From Candidatus Dormiibacterota bacterium (GTDB lineage: Bacteria; Chloroflexota; Dormibacteria; Aeolococcales; Aeolococcaceae), in the NCBI GenBank assembly GCA_963791435.1, contig CAWBSL010000001.1:1553817-1617816 (forward strand): DNA of 64,000 nucleotides, read 5' to 3'. Shown piece after piece: positions 41,871-52,033 of the stretch. The translations under genes and the position numbers were made by a program. How positions within the stretch are numbered: the first letter of the stretch is position 1; every line of letters begins with the position of its first letter. Below the pieces are notes generated by a model. The model was not told where the DNA came from. It saw only the letters and a list, made by a program, of their open reading frames with translations, and ran no database searches.

Positions 41871-43209
41871 ATGACCGTTCAGGTCACACAGAGCCGCATG
41901 ACCAGCGAAGAGATCGCGCGGTTGTCGAAGGAGCACACGTTCTTCTCGTGGTCGGTGCAGGGTGCAGTCGATCCCATCGCCATCGATCACGCGGAAGGAG
42001 TCTGGCTGTACACGCCTGAAGGCAGGCGCATCCTCGACTTCAACAGCCAGCTCATGTCGGTGAACATCGGACACGGCGACCAGCGGGTCGTGCAGGCGAT
42101 CACCGAGCAGGCCACCAAGCTGCAGTTCGTGCAACCGGCATTCGTCACCGAGATTCGCGCGCGCCTCGGTGAGAAGTTGACGTCGCTCCTGCCCGGAGAC
42201 CTCGACAAGGTCTTCTTCACACTCGGCGGGGCGGAGGCCATCGAGAACGCGATCAAGATCGCGCGTCAGTACACCGGCCGATACAAGATCCTCGCCCGGT
42301 ACCGCGCCTATCACGGGGCCACGATGGGCGCAATGACGCTGACCGGCGATCCACGCCGCTGGGCGACGGAACCCGGACTCGTCGGCGTTGTCCGGTATCC
42401 CGATACGCATCGCTGGGGTGAGCACGAACCGAGACCCGTGGCAGAAAGCCTTCAGGGTCTCGAGGACGTGATCCGTTACGAGGGACCGCACACCATCGCG
42501 GCCATCTTCCTCGAGACCATCGTCGGCACCAACGGCATCCTGATTCCACCGGACGGCTACATCCAGGGCGTCCGCGAGCTCTGCGATCGGCACGGCATTC
42601 TGATGGTCGCGGACGAGGTGATGGCGGGTTTCGGGCGTACGGGGAAGTGGTTCGCGGTCGAGCACTGGAATACCGTCCCGGACCTGATGACCATGGCCAA
42701 GGGTCTGACGTCCTCGTACCTGCCACTCGGGGCGGTGGCGATGCGCCGTCACATCGCCGAGAAGTTCGAACTCGATGATGTACTACGGCGGCCTCACGTA
42801 CTCGAGCCATCCCGTGTCACTCGCCGCGTCGCTGGCCACGCTCAACGTCTACGAGGAGGATCACCTCATCGAGCGCTCGGCTGCGCTCGGGCCGGTGATG
42901 CGCGCCCACCACGAGCGCCTGGCTGCGAAGCACCCGAGCGTCGGCACGCATCGCAACCTGGGGTTGTTCGGCATCCTCGATCTCGTGCGTCAGCAGGATC
43001 CGTACACGCCGATGACGGCGTTCAACGCGTCGAGCGGGGAGATGGCCGCCATCGGCAGGTATCTGCGCGAGCACGGCGTGTACACGATGATCTCCAACAA
43101 CTCGATCCATACCAACCCGCCGCTCTGCATCAGCGAGGACGAGCTCGCGCACGGATTCGAGGTCATCGACGGCGCGCTTTCGATTGCCGACAAGGCCGTT
43201 CTGGGCTAG
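41871..43209 (+). pseudogene. class III aminotransferase (omega-aminotransferase family), interrupted by 1-nt insertion-type frameshift near 42771-42785
   Basis: GGAGAGGA RBS then ATG. ...GGAEAIENAIKIAR...DEVMAGFGRTGKWFA...AKGLTSSYLPLGAV...AEKFELD continues in the +1 frame as MYYGGLTYSSHPVSLAASLATLNVYEE.... The extra base lies in the gatgatg repeat. Confidence 0.8.
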
Positions 43210-43238
43210 CGTCTGATCCCCCACGTGGTCGACCAGCC

Positions 43239-45887
43239 GTGAGCGACGACGCCGAGCGCGCGCAACTCCGTGATGATCCGGCCGGCTGGCGGCGCTGGGG
43301 TCCGTACGTCAGCGAGCGTGCCTGGGGGACGGTGCGCGAGGACTACAGCGCCGACGGTGACGCGTGGGCTTATATCCCGCATGACCAGGCGCGGTCGCGC
43401 GCGTTCCGCTGGAGCGAGGAGGGGCTCGGTGCGATCTGTGACGAGCACCAGTTGCTCTGCCTCGCATTCGCGTTCTGGAATGGCGTGGATCCCATCCTCA
43501 AGGAGCGCATCTACGGACTGACCAATCCGCAGGGAAACCACGGCGAGGACGCAAAGGAATACTGGTGGTACGTCGATTCGACACCGACGCACTCGTGGAT
43601 GCGCTGGCGGTATCTGTATCCCCACCTGGCTTTTCCCTACGACGATCTCCTCGCCGAGAACCAGCGCCGCAGCCAGCAGGAGCCCGAGTACGAGCTTGCC
43701 GACACCGGCGTGCTCGACAACGGTTTCTGGGACATCACGGCGGACTACGCAAAGGAGACGCCGGAGGATCTCGTGATCGAGCTCCGAGCCCGAAATACCG
43801 GCAGCACGGGACAGACACTGCACGTGCTGCCGACGGTGTGGTTCCGCAACACCTGGGTGTGGGGCATCACCGACACGGTCCCCTCATTGCATGTTGAGAA
43901 CCAGCGAATCGTCTGCGACCACACGGTTGTCGGCCGCATGTTCCTCACCGGCGACGGCGACTACACGCCGCTGGTCTGCGACAACGAGTCGAACGCGGCG
44001 CGACTCTGGGGGGCGCCTCCCCGAACCGCATTTCCCAAAGATGGCATCAACGACCACGTCGTCAACGGCGCAAGCACCGTCAACCCGGCGCAGGTGGGGA
44101 CGAAAGCCGCGCTCCACTACATACTCGAGGTCGAAGCCGGATCGACCGCGACCATCAGACTCCGCTTCGGTCGCCGCGAGACCGATGCCGTGGACGGTGC
44201 GGCGGCGGCGCTGGCATTGCGCCGGAGCGAGGCGGATGCGTTCTACGCGAGCCTCATGCCGGATCGCCTCACGCCGGACGAGCGTCTGGTGACGCGGCAG
44301 GCGCTGGGCGGCATGCTCTGGGGGAAGCAGTTCTACCACTACAACGTGACCCGCTGGCTCGACGGCGATCCTGCCGAACCTCCGCCGCCCGCCTCGCGAC
44401 TCGCAGGACGGAACGCCGGCTGGCGGCACGTCGACACGGCCGACATCATGTCGATGCCGGACAAGTGGGAGTACCCGTGGTTTGCCGCCTGGGACCTCGG
44501 GTTTCAGTGCGTCGCGCTGGCGCATGTCGATCCCGAGTTCGCCAAGGATCAACTCATCCTGCTGTGCCGCGAGTGGTACATGCACGCCAACGGACAGCTG
44601 CCCGCCTACGAGTGGTCGTTCGACGACGTCAATCCACCCGTGCACGCATGGGCGGCGCTGCGAGTCTTCGAGATTGACGGAGCAAAGGACTACCAGTTCC
44701 TCGCGCGAGTCTTCCACAAGCTGCTCATCAACTTCACGTGGTGGGTCAACCGCGAGGATGCCGAGGGCAACAACATCTTCGAAGGCGGTTTCCTGGGGCT
44801 CGACAACATCGGGCCATTCGACCGCTCGATGCTGCTTCCCGCGGGCGGTCATCTCGAGCAGTCCGACGGCACGGCATGGATGGCCATGTATTCGCTCAAC
44901 CTGCTCGAGATGGCGCTGATCCTCGCCACCTTCGATCGCGCATACGAGGACGTGGCCACGAAGTTCTTCGAGCACTTCGCGGCCATCGCAACGGCGATCA
45001 ACGAGCAGGGACTCTGGGATGAGGACGCGGGTTTCTATTACGACAGCTGGCGATTCGCCGACGGCACGCGAATCCCGATCCAGGCCCGTTCGATCGTGGG
45101 ACTCATCCCGCTCTGCGCCGCAACAACACTCGGCAACGACACGCTGAGTCTGTTGCCCGACTTTGCCGCGCGCCTGCGTCTGTTCATCAAGCTCAAACCA
45201 AGATATGCGGCTGCTGTCTCGCTCGAGCTCGAGGAGCGGGAACGCGAGAGCCGTCTGCTCGCGATCGTCGACCCGGAACGGCTGCGCCGCATCCTCTCGT
45301 ACGCGCTCGACGCGTCGGAGTTCCTCAGTGACCACGGGCTGCGTGCGCTTTCGCGATATCACGCCGACCATCCTCTCGACATCGATCTCGGCGGCATGGT
45401 GGCGCGCCTCGACTACGAGCCGGCGGAGTCGACGTCACGCCTCTACGGCGGCAACTCCAACTGGCGTGGGCCCGTGTGGTTTCCGGGCAATCATCTGATC
45501 GTCGAGGCGCTGCGTGTATACCACCGGTTTCTCGGCGACACCTGGACGGTCGAGTACCCGCGCGGTTCGGGCCGGCAGCACCATCTCGGCGAGGTCGCGG
45601 ACGATATCGCCGCGCGGCTTGCATCGATCTTTCTCCGAGCCGCCGACGGCATTCGCCCGGTGGTCGCGGGCATCGACCTCTACGCACGCCCGGACCTTGC
45701 CGACGCGATCCCGTTCCACGAGTACTTTCACGCGGAGACCGGCAAGGGACTCGGCGCGTCGCATCAGACCGGATGGACCGGGCTCGTCGCCGATCTGCTC
45801 CTGCGCAGGACCGCTTCACGCGACCGATTTGACATCGCCTCGCTCCGCGGCCCCGACGGTGCCGGGCCTCGTGAGGACCTGCACTAG
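43239..45887 (+). CDS. GH63-family (MGH1-like) glycoside hydrolase, putative glucosylglycerate/mannosylglycerate-type glucosidase
   Basis: 882 aa. [30 protein letters not shown] and (alpha/alpha)6 barrel motifs typical of GH63 (processing alpha-glucosidase/YgjK/GgH family). The 1454-aa ORF from 41523 is a read-through artefact. Confidence 0.78.
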   Translation: MSDDAERAQLRDDPAGWRRWGPYVSERAWGTVREDYSADGDAWAYIPHDQARSRAFRWSEEGLGAICDEHQLLCLAFAFWNGVDPILKERIYGLTNPQGNHGEDAKEYWWYVDSTPTHSWMRWRYLYPHLAFPYDDLLAENQRRSQQEPEYELADTGVLDNGFWDITADYAKETPEDLVIELRARNTGSTGQTLHVLPTVWFRNTWVWGITDTVPSLHVENQRIVCDHTVVGRMFLTGDGDYTPLVCDNESNAARLWGAPPRTAFPKDGINDHVVNGASTVNPAQVGTKAALHYILEVEAGSTATIRLRFGRRETDAVDGAAAALALRRSEADAFYASLMPDRLTPDERLVTRQALGGMLWGKQFYHYNVTRWLDGDPAEPPPPASRLAGRNAGWRHVDTADIMSMPDKWEYPWFAAWDLGFQCVALAHVDPEFAKDQLILLCREWYMHANGQLPAYEWSFDDVNPPVHAWAALRVFEIDGAKDYQFLARVFHKLLINFTWWVNREDAEGNNIFEGGFLGLDNIGPFDRSMLLPAGGHLEQSDGTAWMAMYSLNLLEMALILATFDRAYEDVATKFFEHFAAIATAINEQGLWDEDAGFYYDSWRFADGTRIPIQARSIVGLIPLCAATTLGNDTLSLLPDFAARLRLFIKLKPRYAAAVSLELEERERESRLLAIVDPERLRRILSYALDASEFLSDHGLRALSRYHADHPLDIDLGGMVARLDYEPAESTSRLYGGNSNWRGPVWFPGNHLIVEALRVYHRFLGDTWTVEYPRGSGRQHHLGEVADDIAARLASIFLRAADGIRPVVAGIDLYARPDLADAIPFHEYFHAETGKGLGASHQTGWTGLVADLLLRRTASRDRFDIASLRGPDGAGPREDLH

Positions 45888-45898
45888 ACTGCAACCTC

Positions 45899-46792
45899 AT
45901 GACTGGGACGAGCACGGTGCACGGCACCATCGCGGCTGCGGTGACGCCACTCACCGGTACGAACGGCTCCATCGACGCCGACGGCATCGGCGAGGTTGTC
46001 GACTTCTACGTCCGTGCGGGGCTCGACGGCGTCCTCGCCCTCGGCACGACCGGGGAGGGAATCCTCTTCTCGGTGGATGAGCGCCGGTTGGCAGCCGATG
46101 AGTTCGTGACTGCGGCACATCACCGTCTGACTGTGGTGGTGCACTGCGGAGCACAGACCACGCACGACACGGTGGTGCTCGCCGAGCATGCGGCAGGCCA
46201 TGGCGCGGATGCCGTTGCAGTGATTCCCCCGCCGTATTTCGCGCTCAACGCGGAAGCGGTCTGGCGCCACTTCAATGCAGCGGCGAACGCGTGCGCACCA
46301 CTGCCCTTTTTCATCTACGAGTTCGCGGCCCGCAGCGGGTACGCCGTGCCGATCGACGTCATCCGGCGGCTGCAGGAATCGGCGCCGAACCTCGCCGGCC
46401 TCAAGGTCTCTGATTCGCCGTTCAGCGCCGTGGCACCGTACCTGATTCCAGGGCTCGACGTCTTCATCGGGGCCGAAGGCCTGATTGCTCAAGGGGTGGA
46501 ATCCGGCGCCGCCGGCGCGGTGTCGGGGCTTGCCGCTGCGTTTCCCGAGCTGACCATCGACGCAGTGCGCTTGCGCACACCGGAGGCGAGTGCGCGCGCC
46601 GCCCGTGTGCGTACGTCGATCGAACCGTTCCCCTTTCAGTCGGCGCTGAAGTTCATCCTCCAACGGCGCGGCGTCGCGATCGAGGATGCTGTCCGATCGC
46701 CGCTGCTCACCCTCGACGACGCGCAGCGTCGGTCCCTTGGCGCTATGGCCGACGATCCGGCGGGGGAAATCGCGGGGATCATCGCTGCCTAG
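45899..46792 (+). CDS. dihydrodipicolinate synthase/N-acetylneuraminate lyase family (DapA-like) class I aldolase
   Basis: AAVTPLT...LGTTGEG...Y..K (Schiff-base lysine region, GLKVSD). Confidence 0.8.
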   Translation: MTGTSTVHGTIAAAVTPLTGTNGSIDADGIGEVVDFYVRAGLDGVLALGTTGEGILFSVDERRLAADEFVTAAHHRLTVVVHCGAQTTHDTVVLAEHAAGHGADAVAVIPPPYFALNAEAVWRHFNAAANACAPLPFFIYEFAARSGYAVPIDVIRRLQESAPNLAGLKVSDSPFSAVAPYLIPGLDVFIGAEGLIAQGVESGAAGAVSGLAAAFPELTIDAVRLRTPEASARAARVRTSIEPFPFQSALKFILQRRGVAIEDAVRSPLLTLDDAQRRSLGAMADDPAGEIAGIIAA

Positions 46793-47970
46793 AGGATTGC
46801 GGTTTCCACGACCGCTCCGGCCTGGGCGAAACGGCTGAGCCGCAGGGAATGCAGGTCGAATGTCGTGGACGCACCGTTGACGATCAACTCCGTGACGGCC
46901 TGTCCCGCCGCGAACGAGTGCATGATCCCGTGGCCGCCGAAACCGACGCACTGGACGAACCATGGGGTCTCTGCGGGCGCGTCGATGATGGCGTGATGAT
47001 CGGGTGTCTCGGGATAGAGGCCGGCCCAGCACTTGCGCGGGCTGATCGGGACATCCTCGAGGAACGGAAAGCGGTTGCCGACTCGTGCGGCGACGGCGTC
47101 GAGAAATGCAGGATCGAATCCCGTGTCGGTGCTCGGAGGATCGGTCGGGTCCGAGAAGCCGATGAGAAACCCGGCTCCCTCGCGGCGGATCAGCACTCCG
47201 GTGTCGTTGTCGACGCACATCGGAATCGCGTCGGCGATGCCGCTCACGGGCTCGGTGCATGCAAGGTTTCTCCGGCGGGAGATCACTGGCAGGTCGATGC
47301 CGGCCATCGCCGCGACCCCCCGCGCAAACGGCCCAGCGGCGTTGACGACGAACTCGGCCTCGATGTCACCTGACGTCGTGCGCACGCGGGCCGGCGAGCC
47401 GTGCGCGACGTCGAGCACATCGGTATCGAAGAGGAACGCGGTCTCGAGGCGCCGGCACTCCGCCCAGAGCGCGCTCACAACGCCGTGCGGGTCGATCACA
47501 CCATCTCCGGAGCAGAACGTTGCTCCGGACAGGCCGTCGACATTGACGAACGGCGTCTTCTTGATGACGTCGGCTGCCGAAAGCCACCGCACGTCCACGC
47601 CGAGGGAGCGCTGCAACTCCCAGCTTCGCCGGAGCGCGATCGCGCCGGCGTCGGTTCCGGTGAGGAAGAGATAGCCCACCGCACGGAAGCCCACCACGCC
47701 GCCAGAGATCTCGTGCAACTCCCGGAGCTTCTCGATCGTGAACTGCGAGAACGCGATGTTGATCGGTGTCGTGAACTGAGCCCGCACCCCGCCGTTCGCG
47801 CGGCTCGTCGATCCCATCCCGGCCGACGCATTGCGGTCGACGACCACCACTCCGTCGACGCCTGCTCGTCGAAGCTGCAGCGCCACCGCGAGACCGACGG
47901 CGCCTGCGCCGACGACCACGACACGGGCACGGCGCTCAGCGCGCGTCGCGACGGCGACCGGCCCGCTCAC
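46789..47970 (-). CDS. FAD-dependent oxidoreductase (DAO / sarcosine oxidase beta / glycine oxidase family)
   Basis: VVVGAGAVGLAVALQLRRAG dinucleotide motif. Convergent with the DapA-like gene (4-nt overlap). Confidence 0.8.
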   Translation of the reverse strand: MSGPVAVATRAERRARVVVVGAGAVGLAVALQLRRAGVDGVVVVDRNASAGMGSTSRANGGVRAQFTTPINIAFSQFTIEKLRELHEISGGVVGFRAVGYLFLTGTDAGAIALRRSWELQRSLGVDVRWLSAADVIKKTPFVNVDGLSGATFCSGDGVIDPHGVVSALWAECRRLETAFLFDTDVLDVAHGSPARVRTTSGDIEAEFVVNAAGPFARGVAAMAGIDLPVISRRRNLACTEPVSGIADAIPMCVDNDTGVLIRREGAGFLIGFSDPTDPPSTDTGFDPAFLDAVAARVGNRFPFLEDVPISPRKCWAGLYPETPDHHAIIDAPAETPWFVQCVGFGGHGIMHSFAAGQAVTELIVNGASTTFDLHSLRLSRFAQAGAVVETAIL

Positions 47971-49361
47971 CGCCTTCCTGCCCCGTCAACGGTCGTGAGC
48001 AGGGCGACGGGCAATCCACGGATGGAAGCGTCGAGCAACTCCACGGGGTGTACCACCGGCAGTGGATGCCCGGCCCGCCGCAGTCCCGCCTGGATCTGGA
48101 GCAGACATCCGCCGTTGCCGGCGGTGAGCAACTCCGCGCCGCTCACGATGACGTTGGCGGCCTTGCGAGCGCCGAGATCATCGGCGGCTTCCGGCGCGAC
48201 GAGGTTGTAGATGCCGGCGCTTCCACAGCAGACGTCCGACTCCTGCAGGGTCACGAGCTCGAGGCCGGGGATGCGATGCAGCACCTCCCGGGGTTGGAGA
48301 CGCACCCCCTGCGCATGCGCAAGATGACAGGCATCGTGATACGCGGCACGCGCGGGGAGCGGATGGAGTTGCGCAGGGAGTTGCACCTCGAGCTCGGCGA
48401 GTACCTCCATGACGTCGCGAACCCGTGCCGAGAACTGTGCGGCGCGTGCCGACCAGAATGGATCATCGGCGAGCAGCGCTCGGTACTCCTTCATCGCCGA
48501 CCCGCAGCCGGCACTGTTCACGACGATGTGGTCGATGTCGAGCGCCTCCATCTGCGCGATGAGGTTGCGCATCCGCTCCAGCGCGGGACGCTCGCGTCCG
48601 GCGTGGAGCTCGAGCGCGCCGCAGCAACTCTGCAGTGGCGGAACGAGCACTTCGCAGCCGTGCGCCGCGAGGACCCGTGCGGTGGCGCGGTTGACATGTG
48701 CGAAGAACGCGCCCTGCACGCAACCGGTGAGCACCGCGACCCGCTTGACCTGCCGGCCCTTCGGGACGAGGTGACGCGGTCCGCGGAGATTCATGTCAGC
48801 GACGCGAAGCGACGGTGCCATGTCATCGAGGCGACGGAGCGTCCGCGGAACCAGACGCTGCAAGGGCTTGACGTGCAACGCGGCGCGAAGTCCCACGGCC
48901 TGAGTCACCGCTACCGCGGAGGCGACCGTCCGCATCCGGCGCGGATGGGGAAGCACCGCGAAGAGTGCTGCGCGTGATGCTCGAGCCCGCCATGAGCGCG
49001 CGAACCGCCGTTCCACCTGCGGCCGGACCTGTTCGACGAGACGGTTGTACTGCACGCCGGATGGACAGGCGTCGACACACGCCATGCAGCCCAGGCACGC
49101 GTCCCAGTGGCGCACGACTTCCGTGCTCATCCCCACTTCGCCACGGGCCGCGAGATCCATGAGCAGGATGCGACCGCGCGGGGAATCCATCTCCTCGCCC
49201 CAGAGCAGATAGGTCGGACAGGCCGGCAGGCAGAAACCGCAGTGGACGCAGTCGGCGATCAGCGCCGGATCCGGCGCGTGATGGTCGTCGAAGGCAGCGG
49301 TTCTCGCGTCACCACGAGGATGCCCCTGGATCCGAGGCGGTCCGGCGCTCACCGCAGCCAC
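47967..49361 (-). CDS. glcF: glycolate oxidase iron-sulfur subunit / (Fe-S)-binding protein with two CCG domains
   Basis: CVHCGFCLPACPTY and CLGCMACVDACPSGV 4Fe-4S motifs plus CCG repeats. Confidence 0.85.
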   Translation of the reverse strand: MAAVSAGPPRIQGHPRGDARTAAFDDHHAPDPALIADCVHCGFCLPACPTYLLWGEEMDSPRGRILLMDLAARGEVGMSTEVVRHWDACLGCMACVDACPSGVQYNRLVEQVRPQVERRFARSWRARASRAALFAVLPHPRRMRTVASAVAVTQAVGLRAALHVKPLQRLVPRTLRRLDDMAPSLRVADMNLRGPRHLVPKGRQVKRVAVLTGCVQGAFFAHVNRATARVLAAHGCEVLVPPLQSCCGALELHAGRERPALERMRNLIAQMEALDIDHIVVNSAGCGSAMKEYRALLADDPFWSARAAQFSARVRDVMEVLAELEVQLPAQLHPLPARAAYHDACHLAHAQGVRLQPREVLHRIPGLELVTLQESDVCCGSAGIYNLVAPEAADDLGARKAANVIVSGAELLTAGNGGCLLQIQAGLRRAGHPLPVVHPVELLDASIRGLPVALLTTVDGAGRR

Positions 49362-49362
49362 G

Positions 49363-50584
49363 TCAGATGCCTCCAGCCTGGCGTCCGGGACTCAGTGTCC
49401 GCGATGGATCGAGCTGCAGCTTGACGGAGCGCATGAGTTCCAGCGCGACAGGGTCATCCACCACTCCGGCCGAGGGCGAATCGCCGCGTCTGATCACCAA
49501 GCGGCCGCCCACCGCGCGCACCGCTGCGCGAACGGCCCCAAGCGCTTCAGGCGCGAAGCACACCTCTCCGGTGCCGAGCAGGGGTCGGAATGCGATCGCC
49601 TCACATGTAGCAGACAGAGTCGACAGTAACTCGACGGCGCGCGGCGGCAGCACCGCAACGGCACACACCATCCCTCCGCCGTTCCACGGGGATCCGAGAA
49701 GCGACGCATACATCACGCCGGCCTCACCCTCTGCAAGGATCCGGCCTCCGACGTCGTGCACCACGCGCTCGGCCTGGACCGCGGCACCGGCCTCCGAGCT
49801 GTCGAACCGCACCAGTGCCACACCGTGTGGCCAGTGGATGTCGACGAGAGAGGGAGTCAACCTGCAGCCGACCCACGCGTGCGGCGAAGCCGCACAGCTC
49901 CGAGGTGGATCGCGACTCGAGGACGACCGTCCGTGAGGCATCGGGCACGGGATGCAGGCGGAAAGCCACCTCGGTGATGACCGCGAGCGTCCCGAGCGAT
50001 CCCACGAGCAACTTGGCGACGTCGAACCCCGCGACGTTCTTGACGACCTTGCCTCCGCTCCTGCCCACCGTGCCGTCGGAGAGCACGAAGCTCGCGCCGA
50101 TCACGAGGTCGCGCGCGGTACCGAAACGCGTGCGCAGCGGACCGCTCGCAGCGGTCGCGACGACGCCGCCGATGGTCGCAGCGCCTCCGTGGGGTGGATC
50201 GAGCATCAGACGCTGGCTGAATCCCGGGGCTGCGGCGAGGGTCTCCTGAAGAAGCGCGAGCGGCGTCCCCGCCCGCACCACGCAGACGAGGTCTGCGGGC
50301 TCGTGGTCGACGATGCCGGTGATGCGGGATGTCGAGAGCACGATCTCGCAGCGCTCAGGCGGCGAGCCCCACCCGAGCTTCGTGCCGCCACCACGCGCGA
50401 CGACCGCCAGGCCGCGGGCCGTCGCGGCCGACAGGACCGAGGCGACCTCAGCTTCGTCAGCGGGCGAAACGACAAGTCGCGGCATGACGCCGCCGACCGA
50501 GTCATCGGCGCCGGGCATTCGCACGTGCGCGGCGCCGACCAGCTCTGTGAACAGGCTCAATTCCTGCGACGTCGAGACCGTCAC
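49363..50584 (-). pseudogene. glcE: glycolate oxidase FAD-binding subunit, interrupted by 1-nt insertion-type frameshift near 49845-49870
   Basis: GTGA overlap with the glcD stop. FAD-binding PCMH N-terminal part ends ...ELCGFAARVGRLQV. The C-terminal part (...PSLVDIHWPHGVALVRF...LMRSVKLQLDPSRTL) is in the +1 frame. Confidence 0.75.
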
Positions 50585-52033
50585 AGCCGCTCCGCGAGTC
50601 CGGTCATCTCGATCGCGTGCGGCCGGTACATCCCGGGCACCTCGCCGCAGAGTTGCGGGGTGGGAAGCGCCTTGCCGGGGTTGCAGAGATCGCTTGCGTC
50701 GAACGCGTCGCGGACCCGCCCCATGACCGCAATCGAACCCGGGCTGAACATCTTCGGCATGTAGCAGGCCTTGTCGGATCCGACTCCGTGCTCGCCGGTG
50801 ATCGAGCCACCCGCGGCAATGCAGGACTCGAGGATGAGCCCCGCGAGCTCGAGCGCGCGAGCGGACGCGCCCGGCTCAGTGTCGTCGTACAGGACCAGCG
50901 GATGCAGGTTGCCGTCTCCTGCATGGAAGACGTTGGCGACGCGCAGCCCATAGCCGGCCGACAGGGTGCCGATCTCTTCGAGCACCTCGCGCAGACGAGT
51001 TCGCGGGATCACGCCGTCCTGCACGTAGTAGTTCGGGCTGATCCTTCCCATGGATGCGAACGCCGCCTTGCGTGCCTTCCAGATCAGCGCCCGCTCTGCC
51101 TCGCTCGCGGCCACCCGCGTCTCGGTCGATCCGCTCGCGGAACAGATGTCGAGCACCTGGCGAAGAAAGGCGCTCGAACTCGACTGCAGGCCCGTCGAGC
51201 TCGACGATCAGCGCGGCGCCGCAGTCCGGATATCCCGCGTGAACGATCTCCTCGCAGGCCTGGATCGCGAGACGGTCCATCATCTCGATGGCGGCCGGTG
51301 TGATGCCCGCAGCGATGATGCGTGACACTGCCTCGCCGGCGTCGCCCATTGTGGAGAATGCCGCCAGCACCGTCTCAGTCGACTCCGGAACGCGAACGAT
51401 GCGGAGCACAACCTCCGTCACGATGCCGAGCGTCCCTTCGCTGCCGATCACGACGCCCAGCAGGTCATAGCCGGGGGCGTCACGCACGGAGCCCCCGAGC
51501 TGCGCGATCTCGCCGCGCGCGGTGACGAAGGTCGCCGCCAGAACGTGGTGCGTTGTGAACCCGTACTTCAGGCAATGCGCGCCGCCCGAATTCTCGGCGA
51601 CGTTGCCCCCGATGGTGCACACCTGCTGCGACGATGGATCCGGTGCGTAGAAATACCCGAGTGGTCGCACCGCCTTGCTCACCTCGAGATTGGTGACACC
51701 GGGCTGCACGGTGACCTGCTGATTCTCGAGGTCGATGGCGAGGATGGCCCGCATCCGGCTCAGGCCGATCACAACGCCGTCTGCGACGGGGAGCGCACCA
51801 CCGGAAAGTCCTGTGCCGGCGCCGCGTGCCACGAAGGGCACGTTGCTGTCCGCACAGGCGCGGACGACCTCTGCCACCTGCTCTGTGGTGGTCGGGAGCA
51901 CAACCGCTGCGGGAGAGACGCGGCGGCCCGTGAGACCGTCGCACGCATACGTCTGCAATGCCGCGGGCTCGGTGATCATGCCGTCGTCGCCGACGGCGTC
52001 GCGCAGACGGTGCTGCAGCGCAACGTCAAGCAT
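50581..52033 (-). pseudogene. glcD: glycolate oxidase subunit (FAD-linked oxidase), interrupted by 1-nt insertion-type frameshift near 51150-51165
   Basis: N-terminal part (ARGAGTGLSGGALP... IVELDGPAVEFERLSS) joins C-terminal part (VLDICSASGSTETRVAASEAERALIWKARK...HAGDGNLHP) when one C is removed from tcgCcaggtg. The reconstructed linker matches the GlcD consensus. Confidence 0.8.

Noticed and set aside
41523-45887. 1454-aa ORF in the six-frame track, which looks like a giant multidomain protein
   Set aside because: It is a read-through artefact. Its first 116 codons are non-coding upstream sequence. The middle is the class III aminotransferase, which leaves this frame at a frameshift near 42775 and ends in another frame at 43209. 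After that the same frame runs into the separate GH63 gene, which has its own GTG start at 43239.
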